Assembly: GCA_003279615.1 (NCBI GenBank)
Contig: QCHM01000003.1
Location: forward strand, 12,908-76,907
DNA: 64,000 bases
Reading direction: 5' to 3'
From: Prochlorococcus sp. AG-402-B19
GTDB taxonomy: Bacteria; Cyanobacteriota; Cyanobacteriia; PCC-6307; Cyanobiaceae
The notes under the pieces are model-generated. The model made no database searches and was not told the origin of the DNA. It worked only from the letters and a program-made list of their open reading frames with translations. The position numbers and the translations under genes are program-made. Shown here one piece after another: positions 41,885-53,144 of the stretch (within the stretch, counting starts at the first letter, position 1; every line of letters starts with the position of its first letter).

Positions 41885-42637
41885 TTATTTCTCTACAATT
41901 ATTCCATTTTGTGCATCATTAGCAACTTTTCTTAGTGCATCACAGCCTTCTTTAAGTGTTGGGTATGCGAACATACCACTTCCAGCAATAAAGCAGTTTG
42001 CTCCTGCAGCGCAGCACTGAGATAATGACCAATCTGCCTTTATTCCTCCGTCAACTTCTATATCAATGTTATATCCATTCTCTAAAATTATTTTTCTTAA
42101 TTGCGTAATTTTGTTGAGCATTGTTGGTATGTAAGCTTGCCCACCAAATCCAGGGTTAACAGTCATTACCAATACATGATCAACCATATCAAGAACATCT
42201 TTTACCATATCCATAGGAGTATGTGGATTAAGTGCTACTGAGGGAGACCCTCCTAGTTGACGAATCTTGCCAAGAATTCGATGAAGATGAACATTTGCTT
42301 CAGCATGAGCAATTACAACCCCTGGTTCTCCGTTCGCACCCTTGCTTGCTTCAACATAACCTTCAAGCATGGTTTCACAGTTGTATTGACTCACCATTAA
42401 CTGAGTTTCAAATGGAACCTTGCAATACTTTCTGCATGCGGCAATCATTTCTGGGCCAAAAGTGAGGTTTGGAACAAAGTTCCCATCCATTACATCAAAT
42501 TGAATTCTGTCTACACCTGCTAGTTCAAGGTCTTTTACGCACTGCCCCATATTTGCCCAGTCTGCGGGCAAGACTGAAGGGATTATTTGAACAGGACGGT
42601 GTTCAGAAAAAATCGCTGATGAAATGGATTGGTTCAT
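41885..42637 (-). CDS. rpe: Ribulose-phosphate 3-epimerase
   Basis: DVMDGNFVPNLTFG, MTVNPGFGGQ and EVDGG motifs. Confidence 0.95.
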   Translation of the reverse strand: MNQSISSAIFSEHRPVQIIPSVLPADWANMGQCVKDLELAGVDRIQFDVMDGNFVPNLTFGPEMIAACRKYCKVPFETQLMVSQYNCETMLEGYVEASKGANGEPGVVIAHAEANVHLHRILGKIRQLGGSPSVALNPHTPMDMVKDVLDMVDHVLVMTVNPGFGGQAYIPTMLNKITQLRKIILENGYNIDIEVDGGIKADWSLSQCCAAGANCFIAGSGMFAYPTLKEGCDALRKVANDAQNGIIVEK

Positions 42638-42836
42638 TGTTTTTGTCTTTTGGCAAAGATTCTATTAATTGATGGTTACAAGTTCTAGTGTGACCTTGCA
42701 CTGATACAGTAATTATTGCTTATCAACAGATAATAAGTTTTTTGTGAGTACTTTTTTCAGAGCATTTTTCAATGCCCTCAATTACTTACAATATTGTCTG
42801 CCTTAAGGCGTAAATTTCTTTACCTAGCTGCAAAAA

Positions 42837-43841
42837 GTGGATCGTACTCTCGTCCAAGAAATTCTTGAAGTAGTTGAGCAAGCTGCAATTGCTTCTGCTC
42901 AGTTGACTGGTTTGGGTCAAAAAGATGAGGCTGATGCCGCAGCCGTCGAGGCAATGCGAAAGAGAATGGGGACGATTCAGATGCAAGGACGGATCGTTAT
43001 CGGAGAAGGAGAAAGAGATGAAGCTCCAATGCTTTATATCGGAGAAGAAGTTGGATCGGGGACAGGTCCTGGAGTTGATTTCGCTGTAGATCCTTGTGAA
43101 GGCACAAATTTATGTGCTAACAGCCAGCGTGGCTCAATGGCTGTTTTGGCAGCCTCAGATAGGGGTGGGTTATTTAACGCTCCTGATTTTTATATGAATA
43201 AATTAGCGGCTCCTCCAGCAGCCAAGGGCAAAGTTGACATCAGAAAAACTCCTACAGAGAATATAAAAATATTGAGTGACTGTCTTGGTATCGCAATTAG
43301 TGATTTGACTATTGTTGTTATGGATAGAGCTAGACATAAAAACTTAGTTTCCGAAATTAGATCTACTGGTGCCAGGATTCAGCCTATTTCAGATGGAGAT
43401 GTACAAGCTGCAATAGCATGTGGCTTTGAAGGTACAGGCACCCATTGCTTGATGGGTATTGGTGCTGCTCCTGAAGGTGTTATTTCTGCAGCGGCTATGA
43501 GGGCACTTGGTGGTCATTTTCAGGGACAACTTGTCTATGATCCTGCAATAGCTCAAACATCAGAATGGGCGGACTATACAAAAGAGGGAAACATTGAAAG
43601 ATTGAATGAAATGGGCATTACCGATATAGATAAGATATACGAAGCAAATGAACTTGCATCAGGTGAAAATGTTGCTTTCGCTGGTAGTGGAATCACTGAT
43701 GGATTGCTGTTTGATGGAGTTAAATTTGAAAAAGATTGCACTAGAACCTCCAGTCTTGTAATTAGTACACTTGATCAAACAGCAAGATTTACTAATACTG
43801 TCCACATCAAAGATGGTGCTCAAAGCATCTCTTTGAAGTGA
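42837..43841 (+). CDS. glpX: Class II fructose-1,6-/sedoheptulose-1,7-bisphosphatase
   Basis: [27 protein letters not shown] and APEGV motifs. Confidence 0.96.
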   Translation: MDRTLVQEILEVVEQAAIASAQLTGLGQKDEADAAAVEAMRKRMGTIQMQGRIVIGEGERDEAPMLYIGEEVGSGTGPGVDFAVDPCEGTNLCANSQRGSMAVLAASDRGGLFNAPDFYMNKLAAPPAAKGKVDIRKTPTENIKILSDCLGIAISDLTIVVMDRARHKNLVSEIRSTGARIQPISDGDVQAAIACGFEGTGTHCLMGIGAAPEGVISAAAMRALGGHFQGQLVYDPAIAQTSEWADYTKEGNIERLNEMGITDIDKIYEANELASGENVAFAGSGITDGLLFDGVKFEKDCTRTSSLVISTLDQTARFTNTVHIKDGAQSISLK

Positions 43842-43871
43842 AATTTAATTAAATGAAGTAAGGGGCTATTT

Positions 43872-45197
43872 ATGCATATTGCTGTCGTCGGTCTTAGCCA
43901 TCGCACGGCCCCAGTCGAAGTGCGCGAAAAGCTAAGTATTCCAGAAGAACTTATTGACAAATCATTTAACAATTTAAAGAAAATCGATCAAATATTAGAG
44001 GTATCAATATTAAGTACTTGTAATAGACTTGAAATTTATAGTCTCGTTAAGGACCCACAATTAGGAATAGAAGCAATTAAATCTTTTCTAATTGAATTTT
44101 CTGGACTTGATGATGAGATTTTATTCCCACATTTATTCAATTTTGTACAGGAGAAAGCAGTTTCTCATGTTATGAGGGTTTCAGCTGGCTTAGACAGTTT
44201 GGTTTTGGGAGAAGGACAGATTCTCTCTCAAGTAAAAAAAATGGTACGTCTTGGTCAAGACCATCAAAGTTTAGGTCCAATTTTAAATAGATTATTAACT
44301 CAGGCAGTTAGTACTGGTAAGCGTGTAAGAAGTGAGACTAATCTTGGAACGGGTGCGGTTTCTATAAGTTCTGCTGCTGTAGAACTTGCTCAATTAAAAC
44401 TTGGTCAAGCGCATGGAAGAGATGAATTAATGACTTTAGAATCTGAAAAGGTGGCTGTTGTCGGTGCTGGACGTATGAGTCGTCTATTGCTACAGCATCT
44501 CCAATCAAAAGGATGTTGCTCACTGACTCTTTTAAATAGAACTAAAAAAAGAGCTGAAGACCTTTCAGCAGCTTTTCCTGATATTCAAATTGATTGTCAG
44601 TTAATTGATGAGCTTGATAACTGCCTTTCGCTGAGCACTTTAGTTTTTACTAGCACAGCTGCTAATGAGCCTATTATTGATGCTGAGAAATTGATCAAGA
44701 TTGATAGGAAGCCATTGTTAAGGCTTATTGATATTGGTGTCCCAAGAAATATTTCTTCTGATGCAAAATCCGTTTCTGGTATTGAATCTCATGATGTAGA
44801 TGACCTTCAAGAAGTTGTTTCAAGAAATCAAGAAGCAAGACAAAAACTAGCCTTAGAAGCAGAAGGATTAATCGATGAAGAATGTAGAATTTTTCTAGAA
44901 TGGTGGGATAGTTTAGCGGCAGTCCCGACTATCAATTGCCTTAGATCTGGCTTGGAGTCAATCAGGAAAGAAGAGCTTCAGAAGGCTTTAAGCAGAATGG
45001 GACCTGATTTCTCTGCTAGAGAACGAAAGGTTGTTGAGGCACTAAGCAAAGGAATTATTAACAAAATACTTCATACACCAGTAACAAAATTAAGAGCACC
45101 TCAATCTAGAAATGATCGAAGAGATTCCCTTGATGTGATTGAAAAACTTTTTAATCTTGATGTGTCTAGCTCTTTAAACAAGCCCAAAAACAGCTGA
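43872..45197 (+). CDS. hemA: Glutamyl-tRNA reductase
   Basis: HRTAPVEVRE, LSTCNRLE, GLDSLVLGEGQILSQ and GAGRM motifs. Confidence 0.97.
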   Translation: MHIAVVGLSHRTAPVEVREKLSIPEELIDKSFNNLKKIDQILEVSILSTCNRLEIYSLVKDPQLGIEAIKSFLIEFSGLDDEILFPHLFNFVQEKAVSHVMRVSAGLDSLVLGEGQILSQVKKMVRLGQDHQSLGPILNRLLTQAVSTGKRVRSETNLGTGAVSISSAAVELAQLKLGQAHGRDELMTLESEKVAVVGAGRMSRLLLQHLQSKGCCSLTLLNRTKKRAEDLSAAFPDIQIDCQLIDELDNCLSLSTLVFTSTAANEPIIDAEKLIKIDRKPLLRLIDIGVPRNISSDAKSVSGIESHDVDDLQEVVSRNQEARQKLALEAEGLIDEECRIFLEWWDSLAAVPTINCLRSGLESIRKEELQKALSRMGPDFSARERKVVEALSKGIINKILHTPVTKLRAPQSRNDRRDSLDVIEKLFNLDVSSSLNKPKNS

Positions 45198-45302
45198 TAG
45201 GATTATTTTATTCAGAAATTCTTACTACATATCACTTTTTTCTGGATTAATGAGCACTCTATCCAGTAGGTTTGCTCGGAATAGTTGATTGATAGTGCCT
45301 TC

Positions 45303-46598
45303 ATGAAGAGAGTACTTGCCATTATTCTTGGCGGTGGAAAAGGATCTCGCTTATATCCATTAACAAAAATGAGGGCAAAGCCTGCTGTTCCATTAGCGGG
45401 TAAATATCGACTAATAGATATTCCTATAAGTAATTGCATAAATTCGGACATCAGTAAAATGTATGTTCTTACGCAATTCAATAGCGCCTCACTAAACAGG
45501 CACATTGCACAGACTTATAATCTTAGTGGTCCTTTTGGTCAAGGCTTTGTTGAGGTTTTAGCTGCTCAGCAAACACCTGAAACACCATCTTGGTTTGAGG
45601 GGACTGCAGATGCTGTAAGAAAATATCAATGGCTTTTTCAAGAGTGGGATGTTGATGAATATTTGATTCTCTCTGGAGATCAGCTCTATAGAATGGATTA
45701 CAGTTTATTTGTAGAACAGCATAGAAAAACGGGAGCAGATTTAACTGTTGCTGCTTTGCCAGTTGATGCAGCTCAAGCAGAAGCATTTGGTTTGATGCGC
45801 ACAGATGAATCAGGAAACATTAAAGAATTTCGTGAGAAGCCAACTGGTGATTCTTTGAAAGCAATGGCTGTCGATACTTCAAGGTTTGGTTTAGAAGCAA
45901 GTGATGCAAAGGAGAAACCTTATTTAGCTTCTATGGGTATATATGTTTTTAGCCGTTCTACGCTTTTTGATTTATTAAATAAATTTCCCTCCTATACAGA
46001 TTTTGGGAAAGAAATTATTCCTGAGGCTTTAGGAAGAGGAGATAAACTTAAAAGTTATGTTTTTAATGATTATTGGGAAGATATTGGAACTATCGGAGCA
46101 TTTTTTGAATCAAATTTAGCTTTGACGCAGCAACCAACTCCTCCTTTTAGTTTTTATGATGAGAAATTTCCTATCTACACAAGGCCTAGATATTTGCCTC
46201 CTTCAAAGATCGTAGATACTCAAATAACTGATTCAATTGTTTCTGAAGGATCTATCCTTAAATCTTGCAGTATTCATCATTGTGTATTAGGTGTTAGGAG
46301 CAGAATAGAAAGTGATGTCGTTCTAAATGAAACCTTAGTAATGGGTTCTGATTTTTACGAGTCTTATGAGGAAAGAATCGCTCTTAGAAATGGAGGGGGC
46401 ATTCCTCTTGGAGTCGGACAAGGAACAACAGTTAAAAGAGCAATTCTTGATAAGAATGCTCGACTTGGAGATAACGTGACGATAATCAATAAAGACAATG
46501 TGGAAGAAGCTGATCGAGCTGAACAAGGTTTTTATATACGCAATGGCATTGTTGTTATTGTTAAAAATGCCACGATCCCTGATGGAACTATTATTTGA
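45303..46598 (+). CDS. glgC: Glucose-1-phosphate adenylyltransferase
   Basis: ILGGG-x-G-x-RL-x-PLT, RAKPAVP, ASMGIY and YWEDIGT motifs. Confidence 0.97.
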   Translation: MKRVLAIILGGGKGSRLYPLTKMRAKPAVPLAGKYRLIDIPISNCINSDISKMYVLTQFNSASLNRHIAQTYNLSGPFGQGFVEVLAAQQTPETPSWFEGTADAVRKYQWLFQEWDVDEYLILSGDQLYRMDYSLFVEQHRKTGADLTVAALPVDAAQAEAFGLMRTDESGNIKEFREKPTGDSLKAMAVDTSRFGLEASDAKEKPYLASMGIYVFSRSTLFDLLNKFPSYTDFGKEIIPEALGRGDKLKSYVFNDYWEDIGTIGAFFESNLALTQQPTPPFSFYDEKFPIYTRPRYLPPSKIVDTQITDSIVSEGSILKSCSIHHCVLGVRSRIESDVVLNETLVMGSDFYESYEERIALRNGGGIPLGVGQGTTVKRAILDKNARLGDNVTIINKDNVEEADRAEQGFYIRNGIVVIVKNATIPDGTII

Positions 46599-46758
46599 TA
46601 TTTATTTAATGATCTAGATATTTAATAAACGTAGGTTTTTCAAGACTTTTTTATCAAGTTTTTACTAAAGAATCCTTCATTCCTGACATTTAGCTCTTTA
46701 CTACAGCGAAATGATTAGACAGTCGTCACACTAGCTCAAGTAGAAACTTATTAACTTA

Positions 46759-48177
46759 ATGACCAAGGCACATTTTGGATTAGTCGGTCTTGGAGTCATG
46801 GGAGAGAACCTTGTTCTTAATGCAGAGCGAAATGGTTTTTCTAGTGTGGTTTACAACCGTACTTACCAAAAAACTGAAGATTTTCTTTTGGGTAGAGGCT
46901 TAAATAAATCAATCCAAGGAGCAAAGGACCTTCAAGAATTTGTATCAAAGCTGGAACGTCCTCGAAGAGTTTTAATGATGGTTAAAGCTGGAGCTGCTAC
47001 TGATGCTGTCATTAATCAAATTTCACCTTTCCTTGAAGAAGGTGACTTGCTCATTGATGGTGGAAATGCCCAATTTATGGATACAGAAAGGAGAGTAAAA
47101 GAGCTTGAGAGTAAGAGCTTTGGATACATCGGGATGGGTGTATCAGGTGGAGCGAAGGGCGCCCTGCAAGGACCTAGCATGATGCCTGGTGGCACAAAGG
47201 CTTCTTACAAAGCTATAGAGAGTTTGTTGAATAAAATGGCAGCACAGGTTGAAGATGGACCGTGTGTGACATATATAGGCCCAGGCGGATCAGGACATTT
47301 TGTTAAGACCGTTCACAATGGAATTGAATATGGTATCGAGCAAATTTTGGCTGAGGCCTATGACTTAATGAAGAGAGTTTGTGGAATGAGTGGTGATGAG
47401 ATGGCATCTGTTATGGGTTATTGGAATAAAACGGAAGAACTTTCCTCCTATCTTGTGGAAATTACTGAGGCATGTTTACGAGTTAAGGATCCTGATGACA
47501 GTTCCGATCTTGTTGAAAAGATAATGGATAAAGCAGGTCAAAAAGGTACTGGCTTATGGACAGTTGTCAGCGCGCTTGAACTTGGAGCTTCTGTCCCAAC
47601 TATTTATGCATCTTTAAATGGAAGGGTTATGAGTTCGATGAAAGATCAAAGAAATTATGCTGAAACAATTTTGAACGGCAATAAGCCTTCCTTTGTTGAT
47701 TTTGGAAAACCTTCTGATGGCATGCCTTTGCTTATGGATGCAGTTGTATTGGCTACAATAGCTAGCTATGCACAAGGTATGGACATTTTACGACTCGCTT
47801 CTGATGAATATAGTTACGATCTTGACATGCCTTCCATAGCTCAAATATGGAAAGGTGGTTGCATAATAAGGTCTACTCTTTTGAGTCGTATACAGGATGC
47901 ATTTAAGAAAGATCCGAAGTTAAGTAATCTTATTCTAGATAGTTGGTTTACTGATCAGGTAAATAATCGTCTTTCTGGTTTGACTCAGGTTGTTTCTGCT
48001 GCTGTTAATACTGGAATTCCAGTTCCATGTTTAAGTAGCACACTTGATTATTTAAATAGCTTTAGAACCTCTAGGCTTCCTCAAAATTTGGTTCAGGCAA
48101 TGAGAGATTGTTTTGGTTCTCATACATATGAGCGCGTAGACAAAGCTGGATCATTTCACACTGAATGGATTGACTGA
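46759..48177 (+). CDS. gnd: 6-phosphogluconate dehydrogenase (decarboxylating)
   Basis: GLGVMG, VSGG, KTVHNGIEY, QKGTG and RDCFGSH motifs. Confidence 0.97.
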   Translation: MTKAHFGLVGLGVMGENLVLNAERNGFSSVVYNRTYQKTEDFLLGRGLNKSIQGAKDLQEFVSKLERPRRVLMMVKAGAATDAVINQISPFLEEGDLLIDGGNAQFMDTERRVKELESKSFGYIGMGVSGGAKGALQGPSMMPGGTKASYKAIESLLNKMAAQVEDGPCVTYIGPGGSGHFVKTVHNGIEYGIEQILAEAYDLMKRVCGMSGDEMASVMGYWNKTEELSSYLVEITEACLRVKDPDDSSDLVEKIMDKAGQKGTGLWTVVSALELGASVPTIYASLNGRVMSSMKDQRNYAETILNGNKPSFVDFGKPSDGMPLLMDAVVLATIASYAQGMDILRLASDEYSYDLDMPSIAQIWKGGCIIRSTLLSRIQDAFKKDPKLSNLILDSWFTDQVNNRLSGLTQVVSAAVNTGIPVPCLSSTLDYLNSFRTSRLPQNLVQAMRDCFGSHTYERVDKAGSFHTEWID

Positions 48178-48182
48178 TAGCA

Positions 48183-48899
48183 ATGACTAAATATGAAGTT
48201 CAAGTTTTAAAAGACAAAAACTCTCTCGCTCTAGCTGCCTCTGATTTAATTGCTCAGATTATCGAGTCAACCTTAAAAATCAAAAGTAAAGCAAGAATTG
48301 CTCTTTGTGGTGGTTCCACTCCTAAGTCTGCTTATTCTTTATTGGGTAAAAAAAATCTTGAGTGGACTAACGTTGATTTGTTCCTTGGAGATGAAAGATG
48401 GGTTGACAATAAATCGCAAGATAGTAATTGCTTTTTATTGAATAATTCATTGCTTAAAGAAGGGAACCCTTCTCTAGAAGCATCATTCTTTAGTGTTTCA
48501 ACTGTTGAATTACCATCGCCAGAGGATAGTGCTAAAGATTATGAATCAATTTTGAAAAATAATCTGGATGGGGATCCACCAAAATTTGATTTGATTTTAT
48601 TGGGCTTGGGAGATGATGGGCATACAGCCTCCCTCTTCCCTGGCTCGGAAGCATTACTTGAAAGAGATAGCCTGATAACTGTTGGCGAAGGTAAAGGTCA
48701 TAAAAGAATAACCTTTACAAGTAAATTGCTCAGTTCAGCAGATAATGTCGTCTTCCTAATCAGTGGATCTACTAAACAAACGGCTCTTAAACGTCTACTT
48801 GATCAATCAGAATCATGGGAGCGAACCCCTGCAAAATTAGTTTCACCAAACTCTGAAATTATTGTCTTGGCTGATAAAGATGCTTACCCATCTTTCTAG
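48183..48899 (+). CDS. pgl: 6-phosphogluconolactonase
   Basis: GGSTP, GDERWV, LGLGDDGHTASLFP and RIT motifs. Confidence 0.95.
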   Translation: MTKYEVQVLKDKNSLALAASDLIAQIIESTLKIKSKARIALCGGSTPKSAYSLLGKKNLEWTNVDLFLGDERWVDNKSQDSNCFLLNNSLLKEGNPSLEASFFSVSTVELPSPEDSAKDYESILKNNLDGDPPKFDLILLGLGDDGHTASLFPGSEALLERDSLITVGEGKGHKRITFTSKLLSSADNVVFLISGSTKQTALKRLLDQSESWERTPAKLVSPNSEIIVLADKDAYPSF

Positions 48900-48934
48900 T
48901 TAGATTATTGTATGAGTAGAGAAGTAAATCTTAA

Positions 48935-49510
48935 TTGATTCCTGATTCACCACCGACAGAAATTTCAATAACTCCTTTAATACAGGGTTCAGAATTTGCA
49001 GATTGGAAATCTCTGAATGACACAATTATGGGCGGATCAAGTCTTGCGACTTGTCGTTCTTCTGAGAAAGGTTTATTTCTTGAGGGTAACTTAGTGGAAG
49101 AAGGTGGAGGCTTTGTTAGTTGCCGCTCTCCCATCTTTGATAAGCCTTTTGATCTTTCCAAATATTCTGGATTAATTATTGATGTTGAAGGCGAAGGGAG
49201 AACATTGAAATTTGCAATTGCTTGTGAAAAGAAACCTTTATCATTATCAAATCTTTTAAAAGGTGATATTCGCTGGGTTGCATCAATACCTACAAATATA
49301 AATGGTGTTACTAGAATTAAAATACCTTTTAAAGATTTGGAACCGGCTCGTAGAGCGAAGCCTATTCGAATACCTATTAGTTTTGATCCCACATGTATAA
49401 ATAGATTTCAATTACTTCATTCAAAATTTGGTCAGCCAGGCAAAATGAACTCAGGATTTTTTGCTGGTCCTATAAAAGTCTTAATTAAGTCAATTAGTGC
49501 TTACTTCTGA
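48935..49510 (+). CDS. CIA30/NDUFAF1 family protein
   Basis: W-x-x-LNDTIMGGSS, GGGFVSCR and HSKF motifs. Confidence 0.85.
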   Translation: MIPDSPPTEISITPLIQGSEFADWKSLNDTIMGGSSLATCRSSEKGLFLEGNLVEEGGGFVSCRSPIFDKPFDLSKYSGLIIDVEGEGRTLKFAIACEKKPLSLSNLLKGDIRWVASIPTNINGVTRIKIPFKDLEPARRAKPIRIPISFDPTCINRFQLLHSKFGQPGKMNSGFFAGPIKVLIKSISAYF

Positions 49511-49892
49511 TCCTAAAGATAGCTTGATCGCTGAAGTCGCCAAGGCGGCAGATCTTTGTATGAAGCCTTATGTTCATTCTGTGTTTTTAGAAAATCAATT
49601 AGATGATGATAATGATCTTGATGATTTGATTTTTAAAATTCAATGTAGAAATATAGATGGAGAAAGGGAAGAATCTATGGATATTGAACTTGAAGTGTAT
49701 AAAAGTGGAAATGAGGTAAATATGACTATATCTTGGAAATCTTTAATAGAGAGGCCAATATTATGGCAAGGGAAGCATGCTGTTTGGATGGATAGCTCTT
49801 CTGGTGTTCAATGTGAAACGCCTTCATATGGACAACTTTTTGAGTCCCTTGCAAGAAGACTCAAGACTATTTTTAAGACTTCACTGACTTGA
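49497..49892 (+). CDS. Conserved hypothetical protein
   Basis: 131-aa ORF continuing the operon; PILWQGKHAVWMD. Confidence 0.75.
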   Translation: MLTSDPKDSLIAEVAKAADLCMKPYVHSVFLENQLDDDNDLDDLIFKIQCRNIDGEREESMDIELEVYKSGNEVNMTISWKSLIERPILWQGKHAVWMDSSSGVQCETPSYGQLFESLARRLKTIFKTSLT

Positions 49893-49893
49893 A

Positions 49894-51564
49894 CTATATT
49901 TGATCAGTTGTAGCGCCTTGGCTTGATGAACTTACTAATCTCGAATACTTTCCAAGAATGCCTGTCTTATATCTAGGCTTTGGCTTTTCCCATTTCTCTT
50001 TCCTTCTAGCGAGTTCTTGATCTTCGACATTTAATTGAATTAACAATTTATTAGCATCAACGGTAATACTGTCTCCTTCTTCTATTAATCCAATTGTTCC
50101 TCCTACGGCTGCCTCTGGAGCAACGTGGCCAACAACTAATCCATATGATCCGCCACTAAATCGGCCGTCAGTAATCAGTGCAACTTTCTCTCCCAAGCCT
50201 TGACCCACAATAGCTGAAGTTGGAGAGAGCATTTCCCTCATTCCGGGTCCCCCTACAGGCCCTTCGTATCTAACGACTACTACATCTCCAGCTTTGACTT
50301 TATTTTTTAGTATTGCTGTTAAGCATTCTTCTTCACTTTCAAAGACTCTTGCAGGTCCAGTTAAAACAGGATTTTTTACACCACTAATTTTTGCGACACT
50401 GCCTTCACTTGCTAAATTTCCTTTGAGAATAGCTAGATGTCCTTTTTTATAAATGGGTTTTGATATGGGTCGGATAACATCTTGATTCTCTTTGGGCTTA
50501 GAGGGAATATCTCTAAGGACTTCTTTAATTGTTTTACCTTCAATAGTTTTGCATTCTCCATGGAGCATTCCTGCTTCGAGGAGTAATTTCATTACTTGAG
50601 GAATGCCCCCGGCTTGATGTAAGTCGACAGTTACGTATTTACCACTTGGTTTGAGGTCGCAAATTACTGGAACAGTCTGTCTTATACGTTCAAAGTCATC
50701 GATTGTTAAATCAACTCCCGCAGTTCTTGCTATAGCAAGTAAGTGGAGAACAGAATTTGTTGAGCCACCAACAGCCATGATGACGCTAATTGCATTCTCA
50801 AAGGCTTTTTTTGTAAGTAAATCTAATGGTCTGATGTTGTTCTTTACTGCATTAACAAGAACCTGAGCACTTTTAGCTGCGCTCTCTGCTTTTTCATCAT
50901 CTACAGCAGCCATTGTTGAACTAAATGGCAAACTAAAACCCATTGTTTCGATTGCCGCAGACATGGTATTTGCAGTAAACATCCCACCGCAACTGCCTGG
51001 GCCAGGGATAGCATTTTTCTCAACTGCTATTAGACGTTCTTCGTCGATTTTTCCACTTGCTAATTGGCCGACGGCCTCAAATGAACTCACTACGGTTAAG
51101 TCGCATCCATCTAATTTCCCAGGCTTAATTGTTCCCCCGTAAACAAAAATTGAAGGTATGTTCATTCTTGCCATTGATAACATTGCGCCAGGCATATTTT
51201 TGTCGCATCCACCAATCGCTAACACACCATCCATGCTTTGAGCATTGCAAGCTGTTTCGATTGCATCTGCAATAACTTCTCTTGAAACTAATGAATATTT
51301 CATCCCTTCTGTTCCCATAGAGATGCCGTCACTAACAGTTATTGTCCCGAAAGTTTGAGGCATTGCTCCAGCCTCTTTTAATGCTGACTCTGCTCTGTTA
51401 GCCAAATCCATTAATCCCATATTGCAAGGGGTTATTGTGCTATGACCATTAGCAATTCCAATTATTGGTTTATTAAAGTCATTATCATCAAACCCAACAG
51501 CTCTAAGCATAGCTCTGTTTGGTGATCGTTGAATACCCTGTGTTATCGCATTTGATCTAAGCAT
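49894..51564 (-). CDS. ilvD: Dihydroxy-acid dehydratase
   Basis: [34 protein letters not shown] and TDGRFSG motifs. Confidence 0.97.
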   Translation of the reverse strand: MLRSNAITQGIQRSPNRAMLRAVGFDDNDFNKPIIGIANGHSTITPCNMGLMDLANRAESALKEAGAMPQTFGTITVSDGISMGTEGMKYSLVSREVIADAIETACNAQSMDGVLAIGGCDKNMPGAMLSMARMNIPSIFVYGGTIKPGKLDGCDLTVVSSFEAVGQLASGKIDEERLIAVEKNAIPGPGSCGGMFTANTMSAAIETMGFSLPFSSTMAAVDDEKAESAAKSAQVLVNAVKNNIRPLDLLTKKAFENAISVIMAVGGSTNSVLHLLAIARTAGVDLTIDDFERIRQTVPVICDLKPSGKYVTVDLHQAGGIPQVMKLLLEAGMLHGECKTIEGKTIKEVLRDIPSKPKENQDVIRPISKPIYKKGHLAILKGNLASEGSVAKISGVKNPVLTGPARVFESEEECLTAILKNKVKAGDVVVVRYEGPVGGPGMREMLSPTSAIVGQGLGEKVALITDGRFSGGSYGLVVGHVAPEAAVGGTIGLIEEGDSITVDANKLLIQLNVEDQELARRKEKWEKPKPRYKTGILGKYSRLVSSSSQGATTDQI

Positions 51565-51598
51565 TTGATTTCTATTTTTTTTGTTTGAAGAATTAGAA

Positions 51599-51898
51599 TT
51601 AATTTGAAGATCCTAGGTCTTCTAATTGTTTCCGAACGTCTGCTATGGCCGAATTAAGCTGTTCAACACGTTGCTCAAGGTGTTCATTGCTTTGATTCCC
51701 TATAGAATCAGAGGCTAATTCAGTTGCCTCAGAGCCATCTTGAATCCTTGGTGCATAAAGCATTGCTTTTTGCTTTCTAGTCTCTTGTCTTTTTTCGGCT
51801 TCAGAAAGTAACCACCATGCTAAGCCTGCAGCTCCAAGAACGGCACCACTTATTAATGATGCCAAACTTCCTGAATTTGAATCTCGGTATTGACTCAT
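51599..51898 (-). CDS. Conserved small membrane-anchored coiled-coil protein
   Basis: [16 protein letters not shown] and [20 protein letters not shown] coiled coil. Confidence 0.8.
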   Translation of the reverse strand: MSQYRDSNSGSLASLISGAVLGAAGLAWWLLSEAEKRQETRKQKAMLYAPRIQDGSEATELASDSIGNQSNEHLEQRVEQLNSAIADVRKQLEDLGSSN

Positions 51899-51922
51899 AA
51901 CTTTGAATAACTTCTTAGAATG

Positions 51923-52540
51923 CTAGTCCGATGAGGTGACTCTGGTTTTAATACGTAATGATGGATCACCAATCCCTGGTGATAGTTCACTTTCTGATCT
52001 TAATTCAGGATCTATACAAGCACAATAAATATTCAAATCTTGAATATTTTCGCCGATTTCTTTAAGCCCTTGATTTGCGGTTAATGCTGTAATCACTCTA
52101 ATCCTTCTTGCATCAACATTTTTGTCTTTAAGTAGTTTTAAATCTTTTAGTAGATTTTTACCAGTTGTTATTTGATCTATGTAAAAAATTATTCCTGCAT
52201 TTTCTTCGATTTCTTTAGGTAGGCCACCAATACACAAATTTGAATTAGGAATTAAATTTCTAGCACCTCTAAAGAGCTCAAGCCCTGCAGGTAAATAAGG
52301 AATTGCCAAAATCGGAATATTTGGATCAATAATTGAGCATTCAGTTGTTCCTGTTAAAGTAGTGATCTGTTCTTTTTTACTTGGGATCCAATCTCTCAGA
52401 GCTTCATAAGTAAGCCAGGTTCCAAGTTGTTCTAGGCCTGTTGCATAAAGGATTTCTGGGGTAGTAGGGTTTCTTAAAACAGTTAACCAATGTGATATGA
52501 GTGGGTGAGGAGGGACTATTACTCTTAAGCTCATTGACAT
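51923..52540 (-). CDS. upp: Uracil phosphoribosyltransferase-like protein (degenerate motifs)
   Basis: VPPHPLISHWLTVLR, WLTYEA and PGIGD are retained; the central motifs diverge. Confidence 0.75.
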   Translation of the reverse strand: MSMSLRVIVPPHPLISHWLTVLRNPTTPEILYATGLEQLGTWLTYEALRDWIPSKKEQITTLTGTTECSIIDPNIPILAIPYLPAGLELFRGARNLIPNSNLCIGGLPKEIEENAGIIFYIDQITTGKNLLKDLKLLKDKNVDARRIRVITALTANQGLKEIGENIQDLNIYCACIDPELRSESELSPGIGDPSLRIKTRVTSSD

Positions 52541-52611
52541 GATTCATTCTTGGCCTTATTTGCCATAACGTGAATAATTAAATTACCTGTTAAAAGTCCT
52601 TTTAAGCTCCA

Positions 52612-53124
52612 ATGAACAAAAAAACTTCTTTCATCTCTGATTTTAAAGCAATTGTTTTTGCTGTATTACTTTTCTTTGTTTTGATCTTCCCTGCTCACAG
52701 TGCTTTCGCCAGGACGCCTGCTGAGATTAGGAATCAAGAAGAACTCAATATTTCTCAAGATATGTCTAGCCAAGATTTAAGTGGAAATGATTTCGTAAAA
52801 TTAGATCTGAAGGGCATAAATTTCAGTGAATCAAACCTTACAGGAGCAGTTTTCAATAATAGTAAATTGAATGGAGCAGATTTGCATGGCGCTCAGCTAA
52901 ATGACTCATTGGCATATGCTACCGATTTTGAAGGAGCTGATTTAAGGGATGTCGACTTCAATGGTGCATTATTAATGGAAAGTACCTTCACAGATGCTCT
53001 TATTGAAGGAGCTGATTTTACAGATGCTGTAATAAGTCGAATACAACAAAAAGAACTATGTTCTATGGCTTCTGGAACAAATTCAAGGACCGACGAGGAT
53101 ACCAGTTATAGTCTTGGTTGCTGA
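52612..53124 (+). CDS. Secreted/lumenal pentapeptide repeat protein
   Basis: Signal peptide, A(D/N)LXX repeats and terminal LC..SGTN..T..SLGC. Confidence 0.9.
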   Translation: MNKKTSFISDFKAIVFAVLLFFVLIFPAHSAFARTPAEIRNQEELNISQDMSSQDLSGNDFVKLDLKGINFSESNLTGAVFNNSKLNGADLHGAQLNDSLAYATDFEGADLRDVDFNGALLMESTFTDALIEGADFTDAVISRIQQKELCSMASGTNSRTDEDTSYSLGC

Positions 53125-53144
53125 CTTGTTTAATAAAAGTATCG

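Noticed and set aside
46700-46758. GC-richer motif GACAGTCGTCACACTAGC upstream of gnd as a possible alternative-sigma promoter
   Set aside because: Single occurrence in the window; it cannot be supported without comparative data.
48931-49392. 153-aa antisense ORF over the CIA30 gene
   Set aside because: Shadow ORF fully antisense to a recognisable gene, with no motifs.
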